A program made the position numbers and the translations under genes. A stretch of 64,000 nucleotides of DNA from Oopsacas minuta. Lineage: Eukaryota > Animalia > Porifera. The DNA is taken from assembly GCA_024704765.1 (NCBI GenBank), contig JAKMXF010000365.1, positions 372,001 through 436,000 of the forward strand, read 5' to 3'. This document shows positions 54,997-64,000 of this stretch, in pieces. How positions within the stretch are numbered: the stretch's first letter is position 1; each line of letters starts with the position of its first letter. A model generated the notes under the pieces. It was not told the origin of the DNA and made no database searches. It worked only from the letters and a program-made list of their open reading frames with translations.

Positions 54997-56121
54997 ATGG
55001 CAACCAATGAAACACTGCCTATGGATGATAAAGAACACACGTTAACAGAGAAAGAGCGAGACTTTTACGCTACAGTCAAACCAGAAACTGATTATAATAG
55101 ATCAATCTTTATCGTAGGCCTTTCAGGTGCGGGTAAGAGCCAATTTTGTAATTTCCTGACTGGTAAAGATACATTTAAGACAGGAGGAGGCTTTATGTCG
55201 GTAACTGAGGAACCTGCATGGTGTACATTTGAATTCAAGAATGAAAAAGTATTCGTCATAGACACTCCAGGATTTGGTGATTCATGTCGCACTGAAAATG
55301 AGATATTCAGAGAGCTCTGTAAAATAGGTGTAATAGCTAGTAATGGATCAGATGCCGTTGCTCTAGTCATAAATGGTCGTGGTCGTCTGGATGAGAGCCT
55401 TGAAAAGGCTATGTCAATGTTGGAAGTACTGGAAGGATCATTTTGGGAACACTGTTTTATTATTTTCACTAACGAAAAGGAAATGTTGGAAATGCATCAA
55501 GTTAAAACGGGAGAACAATACATAGCAGAGACTCTAGCATATTCGAATTATCCACCCATCCTGAAAATAATGCTAGAGAAGTCGGGAAACAGATTCATGT
55601 TTGTTGAAAGTAAAGCTAAATCAAAAAATGCTAAATATAGAAGTGAAAAATGTAACCAAATTTTCAAATTTATTGATCAAATACGCAAAGAAACTAATAA
55701 TGAACCTTACATTAATTCACTAATGAAGCAAGGGCAAAAGTATTTTAAGCAGGAATTGGAACGAATTAAAACAGATGAAGAACCACATATTAAGGCTGAT
55801 GAGGAAACAGAAAAGAAGGAGAAAGAAAGTGGATATGTTGTGAGTAAAGGTAGAATGATGATGAACTTATTTAGTGGTGATAAAACTGTCGGAAAGAAAA
55901 GTAGGCTATCCGGATTAGACGCTAACCTCGCTACTCAAACAGCTACTGTGGATGATGATACAATTATGGAATACAAGAATGGAGTTGTAACCGCAGCGCA
56001 TTCACAAAGCTGGAGTGAATGGTTTAGCCATATAAAAAGTATAGCCCTTAGATCTAAACAACATTCTACTGAATTAGCTTCCAAATTTATGAAATCACCA
56101 CTACGCCCCATGCTTAAATAA
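54997..56121 (+). CDS. AIG1/GIMAP-family GTPase, intronless
   Basis: G1 GLSGAGKS, G2 region SVT, G3 VIDTPGF, and CFIIFTN; coiled-coil-like charged region follows. Confidence 0.9.
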   Translation: MATNETLPMDDKEHTLTEKERDFYATVKPETDYNRSIFIVGLSGAGKSQFCNFLTGKDTFKTGGGFMSVTEEPAWCTFEFKNEKVFVIDTPGFGDSCRTENEIFRELCKIGVIASNGSDAVALVINGRGRLDESLEKAMSMLEVLEGSFWEHCFIIFTNEKEMLEMHQVKTGEQYIAETLAYSNYPPILKIMLEKSGNRFMFVESKAKSKNAKYRSEKCNQIFKFIDQIRKETNNEPYINSLMKQGQKYFKQELERIKTDEEPHIKADEETEKKEKESGYVVSKGRMMMNLFSGDKTVGKKSRLSGLDANLATQTATVDDDTIMEYKNGVVTAAHSQSWSEWFSHIKSIALRSKQHSTELASKFMKSPLRPMLK

Positions 56122-56296
56122 AGCCCAAACCACCCAATCATCACTTCAACGAACTTCTAATAAACATTATTATTATTAAATAATTAAATTTCAATTCTCG
56201 CATTCTTTTATGAATCTTTTTTATGCCATTTTTCCTGTACTTATTTCAAACTATTCGTTCCGTTTCAATGTTTGTTTATTTATTGCAATTCAGTTC

Positions 56297-56830
56297 ATGC
56301 TCATAGCTACCCGTTATTGCCATCTACTGCGGAGATCTTCTGTTTGGTATCTTCATAGAAACAGCTCTCTTAACACAACTTATCACATCTCAAAATTTAG
56401 TAACAAACCTACTAATTTATCAAATCATAATACTACATATCTTCCACTGGTATTTACGAGATTTCGTAAATATTCTGACATACCTGAATCATCTGATCCT
56501 AAAAGCAAACTAATTATCAGAGACAGTTATGTGAAGAGGTACAAAGAGGTAGTTACAGAGCCTGGCCAGTTCATCCGTCTCTCTGTAGAGGGAGGAGGTT
56601 GTTCAGGTTTCCAATACGAGTTTAACTTAGCTACTGATGTAGGAGATGATGACATAATTCTAGAGAAAGATGATGCTCAATTGCTCGTAGATTCAATCTC
56701 TCTTGACCTGTTACAGGGTGCTAGTGTGGAGTATCATGAAGAGTTAATACGCTCCTCATTCAGAGTGGTAGATATACCGAATGCAGAGTCTGGTTGCTCC
56801 TGTGGAGCATCATTTGCAATCAAGTCATAA
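56297..56830 (+). CDS. ISCA2: Mitochondrial iron-sulfur cluster assembly protein ISCA2, intronless
   Basis: Presequence, RLSVEGGGCSGFQYEF, VDSISLDLLQGASVEY and CSCGASF motifs. Likely ATG at 56297. Confidence 0.93.
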   Translation: MLIATRYCHLLRRSSVWYLHRNSSLNTTYHISKFSNKPTNLSNHNTTYLPLVFTRFRKYSDIPESSDPKSKLIIRDSYVKRYKEVVTEPGQFIRLSVEGGGCSGFQYEFNLATDVGDDDIILEKDDAQLLVDSISLDLLQGASVEYHEELIRSSFRVVDIPNAESGCSCGASFAIKS

Positions 56831-57086
56831 GATATTTTCATGGAATATTTTGTTTAATTAATACTGGTCTCTTGTATATACACAATAGGAAACACAGCTG
56901 TTTGAATAATAATAATTGGTCCCTGAGTTGAAGTCATGATAGATAATTACCTACCACCATAGACCATTGGCTTATTATCCTACAAACCACGAATTATAGC
57001 ATTTTACTCTATTCACACTCAAACGTGAATTGTATTTTATCCCTCAATTATTCTATTTAATTTACCTTATGTTATGAATGGTAGCA

Positions 57087-59775
57087 ATGAATAGACACAC
57101 ACAAATATTTATATTTACATCCATAACAAATATACTGCTGCTGTTATCCGCAAGCCAAGATGCTAATCTCTCAAATATTGAAAATTCTTCTGTTAAAATC
57201 GCCAAGGATTGCAAGTAAGATATTATTAGTCAATATATTAGTTTTTTAACATAACTAATTGTATTTAGATCAGATTTGATGAAATTTTGTGACTTCAAAA
57301 TGTCTCAAGACGAGCTATATACATGTCTAATTTCACACCTGTCAGAACTATCCATCTCATCCTGTCAAGAATCATTGTTAATAGCAGAAGGCTACTACTT
57401 CCGTAAGATGTTAGTAGATATAGAATTCTATCAATATTGTAGTTATGACATAAAGGAAGAAGATTGTATTAGTAGTGAAGTAATGCAGAGTAGTACTGAT
57501 GGAGAGTTTACTAAACTAGTTGATATACTACTGTGTCTAGAAAAGGGATCTATACTGTTGACAGAGGAGTGTGAGGAACAGGTTAATACACTCAGAGGAA
57601 GATTCATAGGGAGTCATGAGGTTTCTGTTAAGTTTGCTAAAGCTTGTGAACTTGCTGTGTAAGTACTTATCTATTCAGATTATACACGTATGTTTATTGA
57701 TTTATTTATAGAACGGAGTTGTGTCCAAATAATATTGTACGCGTAATGGACTGTCTGATAGACAAACTAGAGCATAACACAGAGTTTAAGTATAAAGAGT
57801 GTACTAGTCAAGTTTCCATGCTTTCCCCATCACAAAATTCACTCGAATTACCTATAAAGAAGCAAAATATGGATGATAGTGAGGTATCAAGATATTCTGA
57901 TCTGAATCAGTTCTGTAATACAGAATTAGAGTCTGTATGTTCTATGAGTTATCTTTCGAAATATGAACAGAAGATGGATTGTTTGAGTGATCATGCTTTG
58001 AAGCACGATATATCAGCTGATTGTAAGGAGCACATAGGCCGTGTTCAATATTTCTCTGCTAGACCACAGCTATCTGTTGTCAAGTTTGAAAGACATTGTG
58101 AGATGGATTTTAATGGACTTTGTAAAACTGAGGAAGCAGGGAAATTGGCTTGCCTATTATCTTACCATGCTAGTTCATATCAGGAATTGGTAAGTTAATA
58201 CTACATGTCCATAGTCCATCTTTTATTTGTTCTATTTCACTAGTTATCTATTAATTGTTTGTTCGAGATAAACAATTTTCTGAATGAAGCTGCTGCTACA
58301 AATCAAATGGAACTAAATACGTTTATTACTTGCCTACCTCTACTGGGAGAGTTCTGTAAACCAGAAGATAGCGAGTACTCAGAACTAGAGTGTTTGAAAG
58401 AACACCATGAGCTCATGGATCACACTAGTAGCTGTTTCGAAGAGCTTAGGGAAATGACTGTAGAAGCGAAGAAACCATTTATAAATGAGCAACTATATAA
58501 ATTATGCGATAATTCTATCCAAGAATATTGCTCTAAAGTGAGTGCTCAGCAACTTGTGAGATGTCTAAAAACCTCAACAAACCTTGATCCAGATTGTAAG
58601 CAAGCTTTGTCAGATGTCAACGAGGATACTGATACCGAATGGAAATTTGATAGTCATTTGAATAAGAATTGTAAGCGAGACATACTAACCAGTTGTCCTA
58701 CTTCTGTAAGTATTACAGATGCTCTTAAATGTTTGTATGATCTATTCAAGTCTCAATCTGCCTCAAAGCTATGTGAAAATTATCTTATTACTACCTACGG
58801 TGAAAAGGTAAGCTTTTAGATTTTCTCGGTATACGTATTATATTATTATTCAAATAGTATAGTGATTTTGTCAGCGAAGAAACTTCACTTATAGTCAGCT
58901 GTGAAACAGAATTGGAACAGCTGTGTCCCACCAGTAAAGCTGATCAGTATTTAGACTGTCTCATCGATATGAAGCTGGATTCTCGTGTGGGCAGGGAGTG
59001 TCAGAAACAGATAATTAGAGAAGAAATAAATTTTATTGTTGAGAAGCATATGACTCCAGAATTTATTAGAGATTGTTCTCAAGACTTGAATGATTTTTGT
59101 GCATTTGGGTCTAATGCTGAGACAGTACTATGCCTGCAGTCTACAAAGGAAACTGGAGTATTAAGTGAATCTTGTACCCGTTATCTCGAAACAGAATCAG
59201 CATTTAACGAGCTACAGCTAGACAAAGATCTCGCGATTGAGTGTTATTACGGAGCTTTTCAGAAATGTAGCGCGAGAGATGAAAGCAGCAGCTATCTAGT
59301 AAGATGTTTAACCAAGCATATGGCTATACTGGAGGCTAGACAGGACGAGCAGTGTGTAAGTGAGGTTATTGTACTTATAGGACAAGTTCAGTTAGACATA
59401 CACAAAGATCCGGGTTTGTTACTTAAGTGTAAGACTGAGCTAAGTAAGTATTGCTCTGATAAATTTGTGGGACACGGAGAGAAAATGCGTTGTCTGTTCG
59501 ATCTTGAAGAGGACGGCAATCGGATGATAGGCATCAGCTGTCGAAAAGCTATCAGGGAAAAAGAGGAACTCTGGAAAAGTCTTTCTAAAAAGTATCCCAA
59601 CATACAGCGGGGACTAGAATCTATTATTGATCATATTAACCAGGTAAAGAAGAGGGTATATCCAAACATTACTGGTATCCTAAAGGCGATAATTCTACTC
59701 GTATTAGTGGTATGCTCTGTCATTATTTGCTGGCTGTGTAGAGCAACCAAGAGAATTCGAAGGAAAATATTATAG
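57087..59775 (+). CDS. GLG1: Golgi apparatus protein 1-like (cysteine-rich GLG1 repeats), 5 exons
   Basis: Signal peptide exon from 57087; repeated C..D...FC...CL units (e.g. KCKTELSKYC..GHGEKMRCL); C-terminal TM and basic tail RATKRIRRK. Confidence 0.82.
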
Positions 59776-60061
59776 TTTGTTACACTACGCATTAAATACA
59801 TTAATTAAAAGGTAATATACGTCTCTGCTTTTACTAGAATTGTAATTGATATTTAAGTCACAATATGTATATATTTCAACTTCTTGTTAATAGTATTTTT
59901 GTTTTGAGGGGTTGTATTCTTTATTCCAATCATCACTATACACTCTTTGTAAATTTTTTCCATATTTCAGGTGATTCAGTTTTTGCACACAACCAATTAT
60001 TCAGTAAATATAAAATACTATAAAGATTTATATAATAATTAGAATCTTATTTTCGTCGGTC

Positions 60062-61518
60062 ATGAGAAGTATTTGCCTGTCTCTTCTCTTCATATTCGGG
60101 ATTCCAGCTATCTACTGCGCGATAGACCCTTCTCTATTCGATGCATGTGACGTAACACAGACGTGTTTTCAAGGTATACCCGGTTCCTGCAATATAGAAT
60201 GTACTCCATCTAATTGTAGACTGTTATTCACGATAGAGGATATTCCATCTGAGAACAGACTACTGATCGGACTACATTCAGATGGAAGTGAGTTAGCAAA
60301 ATATTCCTAAATACTTTTATCTTCGTTTTATAACATAATTATAATAATAATTTAGATTATCGGTACATGGCACTTGGGTTCTCTAGAGACAGGTTAATGA
60401 GAGACACAGATGTAGTAGCCTGTGAGAAGGTTAGTGCTAACTCTGCAGTAGCAAAAGATTCCTTCAATCCAGGTGGTAGAACCAATGTTTATGACAATGA
60501 CGACTCTGCAATATCCAACTTCACCTATGAAATAAATGGAAATATCTTTAGCTGTAGCTTTACAAGAGACTATCTACCTCCTGATCTAAGCACAGGATAT
60601 GCCCTCAATTCTAGTAGCTTCTTTTTATTTCTAGCTAACCGTGATGCTGGTAGTTTTGGTAGCCAAACTTCCAACTTACTACAGCACACATTTACTCCTT
60701 GCATTTCTGAGTCCGAGGTAAACCTAACGAATCTAACTATTATTGTGTCATCTAGTACAGACAACACGCTAGTCAAAGCACATGGTTTGATGATGATACT
60801 CGCTTGGTCAGTGTTCATAGGTACTGGAGTATTCATGGCTAGTTATACCAAGTTCTTATTCAATAATGGAGAATGGTTCCACTTCCACAAATATATAAAT
60901 TCATTAGCCGTGATAATTGCTTTGATTGGATTAGTTCTGATAATTTATTCTGTGAAGGGATGGAGATTTGGTTCAGTAGCCCTGTGGGCACATCAGCTGA
61001 TTGGTTTAGCATCGATCCTATTGATGCTTATCAACCCAATTATAGCTGCTTTCCGTTGTCGTCCGCAAGCCAAATTCAGATGGATATTTCGCATTATTCA
61101 TCAAGCAGTAGGTTATACCAGTATTATTCTAGCAAGTACAGCTATATGTTTGGGATTGTCGCTGTACTATGCTCTTATTAATAGGAACCTCTCGGTCGCA
61201 GTTGGATTCTGGCTATACATTTGTAGACTTGTTACAGAATGGTTATTTTTCATTCCATTGATAATTTACGTTTGTTTCAAGGGGCATAAACTGAATAAAT
61301 GTAAGGATGGTGAAGGTAAGCCCCTGCCAAAGGTAAAGCCCTTCAAACTATTCTTTCTTAATATCTTCGCACCGCCCAAATGTCCCACAGGGGAGAATCG
61401 TAAAATACCTGAAAGAGAATGGCCTATCCTCCTTCTAGTGCTAATAGGATTTATTGTCTACAATCTAGCATTCTACATAGCTATAGTAATAGCGATTGCT
61501 CTTTCAGAGGAGGCATAG
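60062..61518 (+). CDS. DOMON plus cytochrome b561 ferric-chelate reductase (FRRS1-like), 2 exons
   Basis: Signal peptide; DOMON YMALGFSRDRLMRDTDVVAC with heme-ligand Met and LLQH; b561 histidines in KAHGLMM, WFHFHK, AHQLIG and IIHQAVG. Confidence 0.88.
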
Positions 61519-61929
61519 TAATCCACTCCTGCTCTACTCTATAGGCTCCTATTTATTCAAATTATAACAGTGGTATATTTTTAACATTTGGTAAAATATA
61601 TCTGTATACTTTTGCATCAAACTACTAGATTATTCCTTTTCTTGTGTGTTTTTGGCCTTATAAGCCAATCCCCTATTATATTAACTGTTAATCAAATTTG
61701 CTATTTAATTCCTATAGCTATAGATAGAGTGATTCTATACTTTACAATTTTCATGGTAAGTGAATAACATTGATGTTATGAATATCAATGAATATAAGAG
61801 TGTGATAGAGAGAATACAAATTAAGTTCTTGCTGAATACACGCAGTGGTAATTTGTATAAAAATATTAGTAAAATAAAATTGAAGATTCCGTGTGTATCT
61901 TGATCTAATGTGTGCTGGTTACTCTATAG

Positions 61930-64000
61930 TTAGACAGGTGTGCTCTCTACACGTCTACGAGCAATAGACTGACTGCTAGAGTTAAATGAGAGAGACAAAT
62001 TTCTAGAAATAGACGCTGAAGAATCTTGAGTGAAAGCACGACTGTAGGAGTTTGTAGTTTGTTGTTTGTCTGATACATAGCTGTGACGTGGTGTCGTGTA
62101 ACTACGAGGGACACTATAACTACGTGTAAGAGAGCTATCATGAGATTCTGGACTAGAAAATCCTTTGAATGAGTTTGTAAGTGACTCGAGTTGACGCCGT
62201 AAACTTCTGCGTTGCTCAATATTATTATGTGGTATATTCATGATATAGGCTAAGGTCTCGTAAGTAAAGCTTGGTTCCAGACACATAAGGGCTCCATGTA
62301 CCCCTGAACTCAGTACTTGATCAGCATACTCCATCATGTCAATAGACTGTAGCCATGTGTAGATACGTTCGTTATCCCAACATACTGGTTCTGTATTCAA
62401 ACTCTCCAGCCACAGATCTTTATTAAAGTTGAAATGTTTCAATAGTTTTATTCCGCTAATTAGACTCAGCTGATCAATACGTGGCGCTATTTTCAACAAT
62501 TCATCTGCTTCTCTCTTTCCTAGAGATCTCAGGACACGTCCATCCACGAGATTAGAGTAGAAAAGTTTGGAATAGTTCGATAGACCTAGTCTAGGTAGCC
62601 AAATTTGAGCAACCCAGTAGTGATCCATCTCATGAATAGAGGGGTGTAGATTGTTCTGAGGCCTTCTGCAGTCCTCTATAGCTAATTGTAGCTTCCGTTT
62701 ATGTACAGGATTAGCTATGCCCAGCTGTGTCTCATAATCTGCATCACTAAGTTCTAGCAGAGTCTGTCCAGACTGTATAACTTGTAGAGCAGATTGTAAA
62801 TACTTAGTCATACCCAGTCTCACATCCATCCAAGCTAACACTGTTATTTGATTCCATCTACTTATGTGAACTTTTCTGGTCTCCTCCAATAGGCCATTCT
62901 TCCTCTCTTCAGAGCCAAATATTGATTTAGTTAGAGATGAGTAGGACCTCTGGAGCTTGGGGGAAATGTGGACAACAGCTGGAGGGGGTGGGGGAGCGGG
63001 TGCCTCTCTGTGAGGGGTTGGGGTACTCATGGTAACGTCCAAGAGCTTGTGCTTTCCACTGTTTGAAGGCTGAGGGGGTAGATTTGAGTAGGTGGGGGCT
63101 TGAATATGAGTAGAGGTTCTGTTACCACCATTTGCAGGCTTCTTTCTTCTGTTACGACTGAAAATTCTAGATAGAGAATTGCTAAATATATTTCCATGAT
63201 TATTATGTGTAGTAGTAGCAGGAATGTTATCCCTTTCTTTCCCGTTAGCATTCATACTTCTAGATCTGCCCCGGGTCATTTGGTTCTCCTCTAATGCTTT
63301 CTGTCTGTAGGGGAGAGGAGGGGACATGTGTTCCTCTGATCTGGATGTCTTCAAGTGAGAACTGTTTCTTTTCTCAGACATTCTAAAGCTTGAAAACTGA
63401 CCTTTATATGGTATAACTGCAGGTTTGTAATTCAAGTCTCTGTCTAGAGATTTAGTCAGGCTAGAGTCAGTATAGCTATGGTGCTTCTTCCATGAGGGAG
63501 GTCCTACTGTAGCGTATTGAGGGGAAGCTTCAGGAAAATTACCTGTTTTTACATTAGAATATTGTTTGTTATTATTTTTCTTAGGAATCTCTCCCACTCC
63601 TGTAGCTTTATGCTGAAAGCTCTTATTAGGTTTAGCATACTCACTCGCACTGCTGGTCCCCTCGCTTCCCACAACACTGCTTGGTTGTATGTTACTGAAA
63701 CTGTGTGATTCTACTTGGGAAGAGGCATGTCCTCCGTACGAATGCTGTGATTTATTTCTCCAACTAGATTCTGTGGGAGATCTAGTTTGTCTGACACGTT
63801 CCTGTGTTTTCTTCTGCAATTGCTCTAATTCTGATCTAAGTATTACAGTAGTTTCTTCTTGCTCCTGAGATTTAGTAGCAAGTTCTCCTTTCTCTATCTC
63901 CAGCAATCTCTTATCATTCAGTGATGTATTTAACAGCTCGTCCTTCTCTGCTAATCTCCTGTCATAACTCTTCATTAAGGTAGTTGTCTCCCCCTCCTTC
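61930..64000 (-). CDS. KAZN: Kazrin (coiled coil plus three SAM domains), 5' end beyond the window
   Basis: Frame is open past 64000. Coiled coil KSYDRRLAEKD...KRLLEIEKGEL resembles kazrin; SAM1 ISRWNQITVLAWM...LSDADY...HKRKLQLAIED, SAM2 MDHYWVAQIWLPRLGL, SAM3 SGVHGALMCLEPSF. Confidence 0.88.
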   Translation of the reverse strand, partial: KEGETTTLMKSYDRRLAEKDELLNTSLNDKRLLEIEKGELATKSQEQEETTVILRSELEQLQKKTQERVRQTRSPTESSWRNKSQHSYGGHASSQVESHSFSNIQPSSVVGSEGTSSASEYAKPNKSFQHKATGVGEIPKKNNNKQYSNVKTGNFPEASPQYATVGPPSWKKHHSYTDSSLTKSLDRDLNYKPAVIPYKGQFSSFRMSEKRNSSHLKTSRSEEHMSPPLPYRQKALEENQMTRGRSRSMNANGKERDNIPATTTHNNHGNIFSNSLSRIFSRNRRKKPANGGNRTSTHIQAPTYSNLPPQPSNSGKHKLLDVTMSTPTPHREAPAPPPPPAVVHISPKLQRSYSSLTKSIFGSEERKNGLLEETRKVHISRWNQITVLAWMDVRLGMTKYLQSALQVIQSGQTLLELSDADYETQLGIANPVHKRKLQLAIEDCRRPQNNLHPSIHEMDHYWVAQIWLPRLGLSNYSKLFYSNLVDGRVLRSLGKREADELLKIAPRIDQLSLISGIKLLKHFNFNKDLWLESLNTEPVCWDNERIYTWLQSIDMMEYADQVLSSGVHGALMCLEPSFTYETLAYIMNIPHNNIEQRRSLRRQLESLTNSFKGFSSPESHDSSLTRSYSVPRSYTTPRHSYVSDKQQTTNSYSRAFTQDSSASISRNLSLSFNSSSQSIARRRVESTPV

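Noticed and set aside
1-64000. Prokaryotic contig, prophage or bacterial defence island
   Set aside because: Abundant spliceosomal introns and orthologues of animal genes throughout; no rRNA, tRNA, integrase or transposase ORFs recognised.

Overview
Eukaryotic (animal) genomic DNA: AT-rich, very gene-dense, with mostly 50-80 bp GT-AG introns. The compactness and gene set suggest a compact non-bilaterian genome such as a glass sponge (inference only; species not determined). About 32 protein-coding genes are supported. Recognisable ones are CFAP70, uricase, PSMA2, GCH1, a PCBP-type KH protein, MRPL52, DLGAP5, an EMRE-like protein, PEPCK, ROPN1L, PHLPP, IMPAD1/BPNT2, VBP1, a PACT-domain protein, ZFR, an LRRK1-like Roco kinase, an AIG1/GIMAP GTPase, ISCA2, GLG1, an FRRS1-like protein and kazrin. 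There are also three TMEM179-like paralogues, two DsbA-like thioredoxins, an NHL protein and several orphans. Two genes lie antisense inside introns. Other features are three degenerate TA-flanked inverted-repeat elements and a perfect 9x28-bp minisatellite. No rRNA, tRNA or CRISPR array was seen. The strongest unexplained signal is architectural: genes form long same-strand runs separated mostly by 100-370 bp, and most start codons sit just downstream of a 3' splice-acceptor-like YAG (11 of 29 within 0-3 nt, 24 of 29 within 20 nt). This pattern is expected of spliced-leader trans-splicing with operon-like polycistronic units. Family assignments rest on motifs recalled from known proteins; no database searches were run.
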